Origin: an uncultured marine group III euryarchaeote
Lineage (GTDB): Archaea > Thermoplasmatota > Poseidoniia > MGIII > CG-Epi1
Assembly: GCA_902627615.1 (NCBI GenBank)
Contig: CACOJW010000004.1
Coordinates: 11,965 to 75,964 of the forward strand
DNA length: 64,000 bases
Direction: 5' to 3'
Every line of letters starts with the position of its first letter. Positions within the stretch are counted from its first letter, which is position 1. Positions 1 to 9,119 of the stretch are shown here, one piece after another. The position numbers and the translations under genes were made by a program. The notes under the pieces were generated by a model. It did no database searches. It had not been told where the DNA came from and saw only the letters and a list, made by a program, of their open reading frames with translations.

Positions 1-563
1 GGCCAAAGCTGCATTAGCTTCAAATCAGTACCATCATCTAATTTACCAATTACATCATCGATAGTATAGGTGCCTTTCTTAAGCTCGGTAACTTTACCTG
101 AGGAATTAGGTGGAACCAAAATTTTGTGAGAAATAGTAGGAGTCTCTTGTACTGTACCTATTGTTTGACCTCCCTCTACACTATCACCTGACTTAACCGT
201 GGGAATAAATTCCCATTTCTTAGAATGATCTAAACCTGGAGCTGTTACACCTCTTTCGATATAATCTCCCATCTTATCTTGAAGGACAGGTAGAGGCCTC
301 TGAATTCCATCATAAATGGAAGTCAAAAGTCCAGGACCCAACTCAACAGACAATGGTTCACCGGTATTTTCGACGGGCTCTCCTGGCTTGACTCCAGATG
401 TATCTTCATACACCTGAATTGTAACGTCGTCACCTTCTAGTCCAATGACTTCGCCCATCAACTTCTCGTGGCCCACAAGTACCACATCGTACATACGAGG
501 TGAAACACCTCTAGCCGTTACAACCGGCCCTGACACTCTGTATATTTCTCCTTTTAATTCCAT
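1..563 (-). CDS. atpA: A-type (V/A) ATP synthase catalytic subunit A, N-terminal part; gene continues beyond window start
   Basis: Minus-strand translation from ATG (revcomp of cat at 561-563) reads MELKGEIYRVSGPVVTARGVSPRMYDVVLVGHEKLMGEVIGLEGDDVTIQVYEDTSGVKPGEPV..., the typical N-terminal beta-barrel of A/V-type subunit A. It lies immediately downstream of atpF in the conserved archaeal operon order. Confidence 0.85.
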   Translation of the reverse strand, partial: MELKGEIYRVSGPVVTARGVSPRMYDVVLVGHEKLMGEVIGLEGDDVTIQVYEDTSGVKPGEPVENTGEPLSVELGPGLLTSIYDGIQRPLPVLQDKMGDYIERGVTAPGLDHSKKWEFIPTVKSGDSVEGGQTIGTVQETPTISHKILVPPNSSGKVTELKKGTYTIDDVIGKLDDGTDLKLMQLW

Positions 564-853
564 AGGTCTACTCCTATAGCTGTTTTGATACGGTCTCTAA
601 GACCTTCATCAACCTCAGAACCGATAGCAATAACTGTCGGTTTCACACTATTACTCAATTTCTTTCTAAAGGAAGCCTCCAATTTATTCCAATCCTTGTC
701 ATGTATAACAAGAATCCCTAAATCTTTGTTTTCCAATGCTTCTCTTACAGCTGAGTCAACTGTATTATCTTCGTTAACATTGTACCATTTTTCGATACCT
801 ACTAACCTGAATCCTATTGTAAATAAATCATCACCAACAACACCGATTTCCAT
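554..853 (-). CDS. atpF: A-type ATP synthase subunit F
   Basis: 99-aa product MEIGVVGDDLFTIGFRLVGIEKWY... matches V/A-type subunit F in size and N-terminal motif. Its position between subunits C and A fits the operon. Confidence 0.8.
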   Translation of the reverse strand: MEIGVVGDDLFTIGFRLVGIEKWYNVNEDNTVDSAVREALENKDLGILVIHDKDWNKLEASFRKKLSNSVKPTVIAIGSEVDEGLRDRIKTAIGVDLWN

Positions 854-1866
854 TAGACCATCACCAATTCCTCTATTATTTCAGAAGATAAACCTGTTTG
901 CTTTCCTCTTACAATTGCTCTAAGATTGTACACTTCTCTTTCCTTTCTCAAAAGATAATCCAGAACGGGTAGGACTGACAAAGGATAGAGATATGAAAAT
1001 CTCTTGGTTCTATCTACTATGTAGTGATCTAAATCTTGTACACATGAATTAAGATCTGCCTTTTCACCTTCGAAATGGGGTGAAATTAAATCATGATATT
1101 TTGTGCCTTCAAGTGCAGTTACTAAGTCATTTATTGTATTTACAGTTTCTAAAAGTTCAGTTTTTATTGAGCCTCCCGAAATAAATAATTCGTTATGACC
1201 TTGTATGTTTCTATGCCTTAACCTCAATAATGTCTTAATATTGGCTACATCAACTTTTAGCTGGATGAAATTATTGTATATTTCAGCATCTGCTCCTCCA
1301 GACGGAAGATTTTCAACCAGGTGTTGATAATAATCTAGATCTAAGGCATCTTCAAGAGGTTGAAGACTATCTTGCTGCCTGTTTTCACTAGCCTTTTTCA
1401 AACTTTGATAATAAGGAGTACCTTCTAGCAATACAATTAAGTCATCAACTGTTTTGGATTCATATAATCTTTTGTAAAGTTCTTTATCAGAATCATTTAT
1501 AGGACATACTAACCTTTCAATATCTTCGGGAGACATTCCTTGGTTGACGCCTCTCATAATATTTTTAAGATTTTCAACTCTATATCTCTCTGCATAAGTA
1601 ACAAGAATCTCACGTAACTTACCTGTGCTAAATCCAAGGAAATCTCCAACATCTTCTGCTAAATTATCTACAAGTGCCATTTCAATTAAATCTGCACCTG
1701 TAAACTTTGAACCATATCTATCTATCTCTCTACGATATTCTAAATCCTGTATATACCTAGCTATTTCTGGTAAATCTAAATTTAAAAGTTGAGTGTATGC
1801 CTCTGCAGGTAATAGTCTGGAACGCCTGGATCTGGCTCGAGTAGCTACGTAAGAATAATTGCTCAT
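853..1866 (-). CDS. atpC: A-type ATP synthase subunit C
   Basis: 337-aa all-helical protein in the subunit C (d) position of the ahaHIKECFA operon. The start overlaps the atpF stop and the end abuts atpE. Confidence 0.75.
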   Translation of the reverse strand: MSNYSYVATRARSRRSRLLPAEAYTQLLNLDLPEIARYIQDLEYRREIDRYGSKFTGADLIEMALVDNLAEDVGDFLGFSTGKLREILVTYAERYRVENLKNIMRGVNQGMSPEDIERLVCPINDSDKELYKRLYESKTVDDLIVLLEGTPYYQSLKKASENRQQDSLQPLEDALDLDYYQHLVENLPSGGADAEIYNNFIQLKVDVANIKTLLRLRHRNIQGHNELFISGGSIKTELLETVNTINDLVTALEGTKYHDLISPHFEGEKADLNSCVQDLDHYIVDRTKRFSYLYPLSVLPVLDYLLRKEREVYNLRAIVRGKQTGLSSEIIEELVMV

Positions 1867-2405
1867 TATGAGAAAAGAACCTCACTTACCATCGGTAAAT
1901 TATCTTGCCAATGCTTCTCTACTAAAGTCGAAAAACGATAATCTAATCTGTAATCTCCAGATTCAATTATGAAACCTAAATCATCAATTTCACCTGATTG
2001 TGATAATTTAGTAATACTTTTCAGAAGAGCTTTATCTTGTTTTCTGCACAACAATTTACCTTCCTTAGGCGCATCCTTCAATAAACTAGAATAAATTTTC
2101 TTTAAATCACTGGACTTAATACCTTCCAACTTGGACATTACTTCTTTTTTCGTTTGCATAAGTAACTCTTTTTGCATTTCCAATTGACTCCTTTTAACCT
2201 CTAATTCAGCTGATGGAATTTCCTGTTGTCTGAGTTGCTCTATTTTTCTGCTTGAATCTGTTCTAATATTGGCTACAGCTTCTACAGCATTTGCTCGGGC
2301 CTCTGCCATCTTAGATTCTACTTCATTTGTAGTTTCCTTGATTATGGCGGCAGCTCTTTCTCTACCGGTCTCCTCGACCTGCTTCAGAATTTCCTCTAGA
2401 CCCAT
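1866..2405 (-). CDS. atpE: A-type ATP synthase subunit E
   Basis: 179-aa protein with a charged coiled-coil N-terminus (MGLEEILKQVEETGRERAAAIIKET...), typical of the peripheral-stalk subunit E. Operon position is consistent. Confidence 0.75.
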   Translation of the reverse strand: MGLEEILKQVEETGRERAAAIIKETTNEVESKMAEARANAVEAVANIRTDSSRKIEQLRQQEIPSAELEVKRSQLEMQKELLMQTKKEVMSKLEGIKSSDLKKIYSSLLKDAPKEGKLLCRKQDKALLKSITKLSQSGEIDDLGFIIESGDYRLDYRFSTLVEKHWQDNLPMVSEVLFS

Positions 2406-2406
2406 C

Positions 2407-2751
2407 CTAGGCGCCCATTACGAATATGAGCAAAGCCGAAATAACCAAACCAAAGATAACAATGGTTTCTGGAATAGCAACAAAAATCAGACCATTAGTA
2501 AAATTGTCCTTGTCTTCTGCTACTGCACCAATTGCTGCAGATCCAATATTACTCTGTGCTAGACCTGTTCCAATTCCTGCTAAACCAACTGCAAGGGCTG
2601 CTCCGATAGCAATGTATCCCTTTGCTTGTTCCTTTGCTGCATTTTCTGTGTACTCATTGTCTGTATGACTATCAGCACTTACTGCTGGCGTTGCCAACAA
2701 TGCCATTACGAACATTGTTGCCAATATGTATAGGTGTTTTTTCCCGTTCAT
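2407..2751 (-). CDS. atpK: A-type ATP synthase subunit K (proteolipid c), with unusual N-terminal signal-like extension
   Basis: C-terminal 70 aa form a Gly/Ala-rich two-helix hairpin (GAALAVGLAGIGTGLAQ...) with the conserved ion-binding Glu in helix 2 (AIPETIVIFGLV). The N-terminal 26 aa (MNGKKHLYILATMFVMALLATPAVSA) look like a signal peptide. Confidence 0.8.
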   Translation of the reverse strand: MNGKKHLYILATMFVMALLATPAVSADSHTDNEYTENAAKEQAKGYIAIGAALAVGLAGIGTGLAQSNIGSAAIGAVAEDKDNFTNGLIFVAIPETIVIFGLVISALLIFVMGA

Positions 2752-4703
2752 GGTTGTACCTCTTTTTCTTTTGTGTACCTTCGATCGTAACCGAAAGGAT
2801 CGTAAAGCGTGCCTCCACCGTGCACAAATTTAGTAAAGAACTCGACATATTGCAATCTAAGCGAATTAATGCCGGTTCCAATTATTCCAAGAGTAAATAC
2901 AGTCAAATGTCCTATAAACATGACTAAAATCGCTGCAATTATCCCCACAGGTCCTCCGCTCCAGAGCATTCCTTCACCGAATGCGAGATAATTAACTGTA
3001 AAGGCTAGCCCATAATCACTAAGGCCTATTGCACCAATACGTGCATAAGAAATTACATTGGAAAATATTGTAGGGAATTCAAGGATACCCACAACACCTT
3101 CTCCAATTGTTGCAAATAACAAGCCTAAAAGCATTACAACTATGCCAACAGTTTGAACAATGTCTGGAAGTAAACCCACTAAAGAGACTAAAGCCATAAC
3201 TCCACCCCATAGTATCATTAAAAAAGATAGCTTGGCGTAAACTGCATGCTTCAAATCATGGTGTTTCATTTCATTAAAAAATCCAAGAATTAAACCTAGT
3301 GATATGTGTATAAAACCTATAACAACTGAGGTAAGAAGCATAAATTGAGCTCCGTAAGGACTAAATTTGTGTATAGGTAAATGCCACGGTCCATCATGTT
3401 CTATCAAAGGAACATTAAATGTAAAATCCCAGCCAATATACTTGGCGAATAAAAAGGAATTAAATCCAATTATTTTGCCGATATTATAAAACGTCTGTCC
3501 GAAAGCTTCTGCATATATAAAGGTACCAATAAGGAATGTATAAATTCCTGCAGTCCTAAGAATTTTACAAATTGCTACCATACCTTCTGAGTAATGGAAC
3601 CTGTTAATCAAATATTGAGCAAATAGGATGTAAGCAAGACCATATCCTGCATCGCCGACCATTAGACCGAAAAATAAAGGATATGTTATGAAAATTATTG
3701 CTGTAGGCTCAAATTCCCAATGTCTGGGAGTACTGTATAATTTAGTAAATAATTCGAAAGGTTTCGCTGGACCTATATTATCAAGCTTGATAGGTGGTGA
3801 ATCATCTGAATCCTTATCAACCTCATAATAAACATCATATTTTTGCAGAGCTTGTTGAAGTTCTGAGACTGAAACGGAAGGAACCCAGCCATCCATTACA
3901 AACATATTTTCAGTAGTAGCTAATTTCAGGGGTAAACTAGATTTCTCAGAAAGTGCCGCATAATGTTCCTCACAAGCTACTAGCCAATCACCGTGCCTTT
4001 GAGATAAAGCTTGAATTTCATGATCTATAGCTCTTTTTTGATTGTCAACTTTTTGTAAATCTCCACTTAACCTTGACTTAACTGATGAAGGATTACCTTC
4101 CAAATCTGGAACATCAACAGATCTAAAACCCAAATCAAGAAGGGCCCGTTCGGCATTATCTGCCTTATCTGTAGGGCAAAAAACAACTATCGTAGACTCT
4201 GACTTAACAACTTCCAAATCTGAATCAAGGCTAGAGGTATCTGCATCATCAGGTATCTCTCCTGCAAAAACTTTTACACTTTCAAAACCTGATAAATACT
4301 TAAAATCTAAGTCTAAGCCGCTAAAAATTTCAACCTGTTCCAACGAATTCCTCAATTCATCAATTTGTCTTTGAAATTCACGTTGACTATCCTTTAATTC
4401 ATGTGTCTTGGATGCTATGGAATCTAATTCATCAATCTCTTTCTCTATATCTACTGATAGTTTCTTTATGGTTGGAGGATTTGCTGATACTTCCAACTGT
4501 TTAATGACTGACCTTAGCTTAACTAATATTTCTGATGATTTAGGGCCATACGAAAGTGATGATCCTATCTTAAACCCTTCATCTTCGTTGTTATATTCTA
4601 CGAGATGCATCAATTGCTGCTCGTCCAATAAATTGGATAAAGAGTCTAAATCTTTTTTGTGACCGCTTATGGTCATTCGCGTCATGTCTTCAGACTTGAG
4701 CAT
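2748..4703 (-). CDS. atpI: A-type ATP synthase subunit I (a subunit; membrane stator)
   Basis: 651 aa with a soluble coiled-coil N-terminal half and a polytopic C-terminal membrane domain. Size and position between subunits H and K fit subunit I. Confidence 0.8.
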   Translation of the reverse strand: MLKSEDMTRMTISGHKKDLDSLSNLLDEQQLMHLVEYNNEDEGFKIGSSLSYGPKSSEILVKLRSVIKQLEVSANPPTIKKLSVDIEKEIDELDSIASKTHELKDSQREFQRQIDELRNSLEQVEIFSGLDLDFKYLSGFESVKVFAGEIPDDADTSSLDSDLEVVKSESTIVVFCPTDKADNAERALLDLGFRSVDVPDLEGNPSSVKSRLSGDLQKVDNQKRAIDHEIQALSQRHGDWLVACEEHYAALSEKSSLPLKLATTENMFVMDGWVPSVSVSELQQALQKYDVYYEVDKDSDDSPPIKLDNIGPAKPFELFTKLYSTPRHWEFEPTAIIFITYPLFFGLMVGDAGYGLAYILFAQYLINRFHYSEGMVAICKILRTAGIYTFLIGTFIYAEAFGQTFYNIGKIIGFNSFLFAKYIGWDFTFNVPLIEHDGPWHLPIHKFSPYGAQFMLLTSVVIGFIHISLGLILGFFNEMKHHDLKHAVYAKLSFLMILWGGVMALVSLVGLLPDIVQTVGIVVMLLGLLFATIGEGVVGILEFPTIFSNVISYARIGAIGLSDYGLAFTVNYLAFGEGMLWSGGPVGIIAAILVMFIGHLTVFTLGIIGTGINSLRLQYVEFFTKFVHGGGTLYDPFGYDRRYTKEKEVQP

Positions 4704-5026
4704 TAAGTTAAACTCTCCAGAAACTTATCTACAAACTTATCTGCTGCTGAACTTACTTTACTCTGAGCCTCTTTTTTCATTTTGGAATTAGCCTTGTTCC
4801 CTTTCGTAAGAATGTCTGATTTTTCTTTACCTATTTCTTTCATTGCTTCATCAATTTCAGATTTAGATTTTTTCTCAGCCTCATCCTTTTTCTCCTTCAA
4901 AAGAGCTTCCTGATCTAAGGGTATTCGATTCATCGCCGTAGTTCGTTCCTTCTCTGCTTTTTCAACTTCACTAGCCGCGACTTCTTCCGCTCGCTTAATC
5001 TTCTCCAATAATGCGTTTCTAGACAT
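4703..5026 (-). CDS. atpH: A-type ATP synthase subunit H (peripheral stalk)
   Basis: 107-aa highly charged helical protein (EKIKRAEEVAASEVEKAEKERTTAM...) and first gene of the operon, consistent with subunit H. Confidence 0.55.
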   Translation of the reverse strand: MSRNALLEKIKRAEEVAASEVEKAEKERTTAMNRIPLDQEALLKEKKDEAEKKSKSEIDEAMKEIGKEKSDILTKGNKANSKMKKEAQSKVSSAADKFVDKFLESLT

Positions 5027-5116
5027 GTAAATAGCAATTCATCGCAGAAAAATAGGGCTATAAATAATTGAGTCACATTTAAATCAAACGCAAGAGTAAA
5101 CAAAAAATAGCATGCA

Positions 5117-5128
5117 GCCTTAAATCCC
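5117..5128 (+). promoter_or_regulatory. putative archaeal TATA box for tRNA-Ile (ccttaaatcc, centred about 28 nt upstream of tRNA 5' end)
   Basis: AT-rich TATA-like element at the canonical archaeal distance upstream of the mature tRNA 5' end. Confidence 0.3.
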
Positions 5129-5149
5129 CTATTCCGGTGACAAAATCTC

Positions 5150-5227
5150 GGGCCCGTGGCTTAGCCTGGTTAGAGCACCCGACTGATAATCGGGAGGTCA
5201 CCGGTTCAAATCCGGTCGGGCCCACCA
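5150..5227 (+). tRNA. tRNA-Ile (anticodon GAU), encoded CCA
   Basis: Hand-folded cloverleaf. Acceptor stem gggcccg/cgggccc; D-stem gctt/gagc; anticodon stem cccga/tcggg with loop ctGATaa; T-arm accgg-ttcaaat-ccggt; discriminator A followed by CCA. Confidence 0.85.
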
Positions 5228-5252
5228 ATGATCAAGATTTATTACGCTATCT

Positions 5253-5438
5253 TCAAACTATATAATTTGTTGCTACATAATAAATGCAATAACCAATCGC
5301 TGTCCAAAGCACGTAGATTCTAGCGTATCTAATTACTGCACGGAAAAGAAATCCAAATCCACTGACGTCGTCTTTAGGAGTTTCCTCCTCACTTGCGTTT
5401 GCAAAAGGATCTTTATCTGTTACATCAATTCTGGACAT
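5253..5438 (-). CDS. hypothetical small membrane protein (61 aa, one C-terminal TM helix)
   Basis: The only ORF in this gap. Acidic N-terminus followed by a hydrophobic segment (VIRYARIYVLWTAIGYCIYYVATNYIV). No recognisable family. Confidence 0.25.
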   Translation of the reverse strand: MSRIDVTDKDPFANASEEETPKDDVSGFGFLFRAVIRYARIYVLWTAIGYCIYYVATNYIV

Positions 5439-5470
5439 GTTTTAATAGAAAGAACATATAATTTAATTCT

Positions 5471-7132
5471 ATGGATGGACATAACCATATTAATTCCAGT
5501 CTTGTTTCAATTAATATGAATTCACAGCCCGACAACGAACCAATATTAAATTACGAAGCTGGTAGCGCTGAAAGAGAAAATCTAGAAAAAGAAATTAAAA
5601 AGCAGCTATCTAAAGTTATCGAAATTCCATGCATAATTAATGGAAAAGAGATTTACACAAATAAAACTGTTACGCAAGTTATCCCTCATAACCATGGTCA
5701 TGTTTTGGCAAACGTACATCTGGCTGGGAAAGATGAAATGGAAGAGGCTTGCAAATCAGCTTCTAATGCACAAAAAGAATGGATTGAGTTAGGGCTTAAA
5801 GGGCGTTCTAAAATATTTGAAAGATGTGCAGACTTATTAGCTACTAATTGGAGGATGAAAATTAATGCATCTACAATGCTCAACCAGAGCAAAACTGTTT
5901 TTCAGGCTGAAATAGACGCTGCTTGTGAACTTATTGATTTCTGGAGATTTAATGTGTATTATGCTCAAAACTTTCACGATGATTTACAACCATTAGTGTC
6001 TCCTGAAGGAATGATAAATACAACTGAAATACGGCCATTAGAAGGATTTATTTTAGCAATTACTCCATTTAATTTTACCAGTATCGCAGGTAACTTACCT
6101 AGCGCTCCAGCACTTGTTGGATGTACTGCTATATGGAAACCAAGTCGCAATTCATATTATTCAAACTATATGATTATGAAATTAATGATGGAAGCCGGAT
6201 TACCTGCTGGTGTCATCAACTTTTTACCAGGCTCTGGTGCTGAAATTACTGAGGTAGCTTTGTCCAATCCTGATTTTGCAGGCGTTCATTTTACCGGTTC
6301 AACGGGCGTATTTCAAGGAATTTGGCAGCGAATTGCAAAAGCACTGCCAAATTTGAAAGGATATCCAAGAATAGTTGGTGAAACGGGAGGTAAGGACTTT
6401 ATTGTTGCTCATCCAGATTGTGATGAAAAAGGATTGATAGTAGCACTGCTGAGAGGTGCCTTCGAATATCAAGGTCAAAAGTGCTCAGCTGCTAGTAGAG
6501 CCTACATTCCTAAAACTGTATGGAATAATATTAGTCAAAAATTAATAACAGAAGTAGAAAAGATAAAAATTGGAGATTGTGCTGACTTTACAAATTTTAT
6601 GACTGCAGTTATAGATCAAAGAGCTTTCGATAAAATTACTGGATATATACAAAGAGCTAAGGAAAATGATAATTGTGAAATAGTTTCTGGAGGAAAAAGC
6701 GAAGGTGAAAAAGGCTGGTTTATTGAACCCACAATAATTGTTACAAAGGATCCGATATCTGAAACAATGGTAGAAGAAATTTTTGGACCCGTGCTGACTA
6801 TATACGTTTACGAAGATGAAGAATTTGAAGCAACTCTGAAATTGTGTGATGAATCCTCACCTTATGCACTTACTGGAGCAATATTTGCTAAATCTGAGGA
6901 AAACATACAGACTGCATACAATGCACTAAGGTTTACAGCAGGTAATTTTTACATCAATGATAAGCCAACTGGAGCTGTGGTCGCTCAGCAACCCTTTGGA
7001 GGTGCTAGGGCATCTGGCACTAATGATAAAGCAGGTGGGCCACTAAATTTACTTAGATGGATTTCTCCAAGATCTGTAAAAAGAACAAACATGGAAATAC
7101 ATGATTGGACTTATCCCTTTATGAAAAATTAA
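5471..7132 (+). CDS. aldehyde dehydrogenase superfamily, probable 1-pyrroline-5-carboxylate (L-glutamate gamma-semialdehyde) dehydrogenase
   Basis: 553 aa with ALDH hallmarks: FTGSTGVF Rossmann motif, catalytic Cys in QGQKCSAASR, and EIFGPV. Length and N-terminal extension fit the P5CDH-type subfamily. Confidence 0.6.
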   Translation: MDGHNHINSSLVSINMNSQPDNEPILNYEAGSAERENLEKEIKKQLSKVIEIPCIINGKEIYTNKTVTQVIPHNHGHVLANVHLAGKDEMEEACKSASNAQKEWIELGLKGRSKIFERCADLLATNWRMKINASTMLNQSKTVFQAEIDAACELIDFWRFNVYYAQNFHDDLQPLVSPEGMINTTEIRPLEGFILAITPFNFTSIAGNLPSAPALVGCTAIWKPSRNSYYSNYMIMKLMMEAGLPAGVINFLPGSGAEITEVALSNPDFAGVHFTGSTGVFQGIWQRIAKALPNLKGYPRIVGETGGKDFIVAHPDCDEKGLIVALLRGAFEYQGQKCSAASRAYIPKTVWNNISQKLITEVEKIKIGDCADFTNFMTAVIDQRAFDKITGYIQRAKENDNCEIVSGGKSEGEKGWFIEPTIIVTKDPISETMVEEIFGPVLTIYVYEDEEFEATLKLCDESSPYALTGAIFAKSEENIQTAYNALRFTAGNFYINDKPTGAVVAQQPFGGARASGTNDKAGGPLNLLRWISPRSVKRTNMEIHDWTYPFMKN

Positions 7133-7905
7133 GATTCATAGATTTCTGCAGATTCATAAATATTATCAAATATTAGACTTACCAGTCTTCCTAAATCTGG
7201 CTGATTCATCCACATACCTAATAATGTATTTGCAGAATCTGGAACATCTAATCCACCAACACAAAATTCTTTGTCATCTATCAAAATTACTCCTGCTGGA
7301 GGCATGTCTGATGAAAGACGAATTTCAAAAAAACCTTCCAACCTGGACAAATCTAGATTTGTTCCTTTTTTAGGAAAAAGTAAGCGAACTTGAATGCCTC
7401 TTTTGCTAGCATCGGAAAACGCTCTGCACACATTTCGAGGAAGCTCCGAAGGAAGCAAAGATGCAATAACATCTACAGATTTCTCTGCCCTTTCACACAT
7501 AGAAACGACTTGAGAAAAAATCTCCATATCTTTTACCTTCAAAGTTTCCAAATAATCAACTTTCTTTGATTGGTATAATTTATACAAATCAGACTGCGCC
7601 TCTGCAGTTGCGTCTTCTACTTCTTTTAAACGCTTCTCTGCAATTTCCCTAGGATCAACTGGGTAGTAAGATTTAGGATGGCTACTACCTTCAACAATAA
7701 CTCCTTCAGATAGCAAGTTATCAATTAGTCCATATATCTTAGCTCGTGAAAAGTTTATAGATCGACTAATCTCCCCAACCGTAGATTCCTTTGATGAAAG
7801 AATAACGTGATAAATGAGTGCTTCGTCTTTACTAAACCCTAACTTATTCAAGGTTTTAATATGATTTTCAAAATCACTTTTTTGATACTGAGGCATTCCA
7901 CTCAT
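7129..7905 (-). CDS. TrmB-family transcriptional regulator (N-terminal winged HTH)
   Basis: The N-terminus (GFSKDEALIYHVILSSKESTVGEISRSINFSRAKIYGLIDNLLSEGVIVEG) is a TrmB-type wHTH. It is divergently arranged from the beta-oxidation operon. Confidence 0.5.
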   Translation of the reverse strand: MSGMPQYQKSDFENHIKTLNKLGFSKDEALIYHVILSSKESTVGEISRSINFSRAKIYGLIDNLLSEGVIVEGSSHPKSYYPVDPREIAEKRLKEVEDATAEAQSDLYKLYQSKKVDYLETLKVKDMEIFSQVVSMCERAEKSVDVIASLLPSELPRNVCRAFSDASKRGIQVRLLFPKKGTNLDLSRLEGFFEIRLSSDMPPAGVILIDDKEFCVGGLDVPDSANTLLGMWMNQPDLGRLVSLIFDNIYESAEIYES

Positions 7906-7963
7906 ACAATCCTTTTGGAAATGAGGTATATAAATGTTTCATAATTTAAATAAAAAGTCGTAG

Positions 7964-7973
7964 TTTTATATAG
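7964..7973 (+). promoter_or_regulatory. putative TATA box (ttttatatag) for the beta-oxidation operon, in a divergent promoter region shared with the TrmB-like regulator
   Basis: AT-rich TATA-like element about 30 nt upstream of the thiolase ATG at 8001. A second TATA-like element (tatataaat, 7927-7935) could serve the opposite strand. Confidence 0.3.
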
Positions 7974-8000
7974 TTACATTGTATTACTAACTTGATTTAA

Positions 8001-9119
8001 ATGACTGAAGTCGTGATATGTGGATACGTTCGTTCACCTTTTACTCCTGCTAAGAAAGGTGATTTAGCTAAAATTAGACCTGATGATTTAGCTGCAGAGG
8101 TTGTCAGAGGCTTAGTTGAAAAATATAAAATAAAAGTTGATGATGTCGAAGACCTAATTTTAGGGTGCGCTTTTCCAGAAGCTGAACAAGGCATGAATTT
8201 GGCTAGAAACGTTGTACTCTTATCTGGATTGCCAAAAAGTGTTGGAGGAGTAACTGTCAATAGATTTTGTGCTTCTTCAATGCAAGCTATACACCAGGCA
8301 GCAGGAGCAATAAAATCAGGATCTGGAGAATTATTCATAGCTGGAGGTGTCGAATCCATGAGTCGTGTGCCAATGCCTGGATTCAATCCGATGCTAAATC
8401 CAAATTTGATTGATGTAGAAGCTTACATTGGAATGGGCCACACCGCTGAGAACTTAGCTAAAGATTACTCAATTACTCGCGAAGAACAAGAAAATATGGC
8501 ACTTGAAAGCCACAAAAAAGCCGCCAAAGCACACAATGAAAATAAATTTAATGACGAAATTATTTCTATAAATGGAATTTCTAAAGATGGATGTATCAGA
8601 CCTGAAACTTCCATAGAATCTATGGCTAAATTAAAGCCGGCATTTGACAAAGAAGGAGTAGTTACTGCTGCTACCTCATCTCCACTTACAGACGGTGCAG
8701 CTGCAGTGATTGTTTGCTCTGAAGATTATGCTAAAAAGAATAACCTAGGAATTATGGCATACATTCGCGGGATGGCAATATCTGGCTGTAGTCCTGAAAT
8801 AATGGGCATTGGTCCTGTATTATCATCACAAAAAGCGCTGCAACGCGCAGGAATCAAATTAGAAGACGTAGATATTATTGAGATGAATGAAGCTTTTGCA
8901 GCTCAAAGTCTGGCTTGCGTCAAAGAACTCGGTATTGATATGTCTAAATTGAACCTCCATGGTGGAGCAATATCTATGGGGCACCCTCTAGGTGCTAGCG
9001 GAGCTCGAATTACGGGTAAAGCCGCATCTCTTCTTAATGAAACTAGAAAGAGATATGCACTTTCAACAATGTGTGTTGGCGGTGGACAAGGCTGTGCGAC
9101 AGTTTTAGAAAGGGCTTAG
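8001..9119 (+). CDS. acetyl-CoA C-acyltransferase / 3-ketoacyl-CoA thiolase (thiolase family)
   Basis: 372 aa with the thiolase active-site Cys context NRFCASSMQA and C-terminal catalytic motifs (GGAISMGHPLGASGAR, CVGGGQG). Confidence 0.85.
   Translation: MTEVVICGYVRSPFTPAKKGDLAKIRPDDLAAEVVRGLVEKYKIKVDDVEDLILGCAFPEAEQGMNLARNVVLLSGLPKSVGGVTVNRFCASSMQAIHQAAGAIKSGSGELFIAGGVESMSRVPMPGFNPMLNPNLIDVEAYIGMGHTAENLAKDYSITREEQENMALESHKKAAKAHNENKFNDEIISINGISKDGCIRPETSIESMAKLKPAFDKEGVVTAATSSPLTDGAAAVIVCSEDYAKKNNLGIMAYIRGMAISGCSPEIMGIGPVLSSQKALQRAGIKLEDVDIIEMNEAFAAQSLACVKELGIDMSKLNLHGGAISMGHPLGASGARITGKAASLLNETRKRYALSTMCVGGGQGCATVLERA

Noticed and set aside
2269-2927. Plus-strand ORFs (2269-2562, 2426-2668, 2622-2927, 2809-2991) overlapping atpE/atpK/atpI
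   Set aside because: Antisense to a syntenic, motif-supported ATP synthase operon. Translations are low-complexity.
7930-7995. Possible operator: 5-bp inverted repeat AGTTA-N11-TAACT between the TrmB-like regulator and the thiolase gene
   Set aside because: The half-sites are only 5 bp and the region is about 80% AT, so such matches occur by chance. Mentioned only as a place to look, not reported as a feature.
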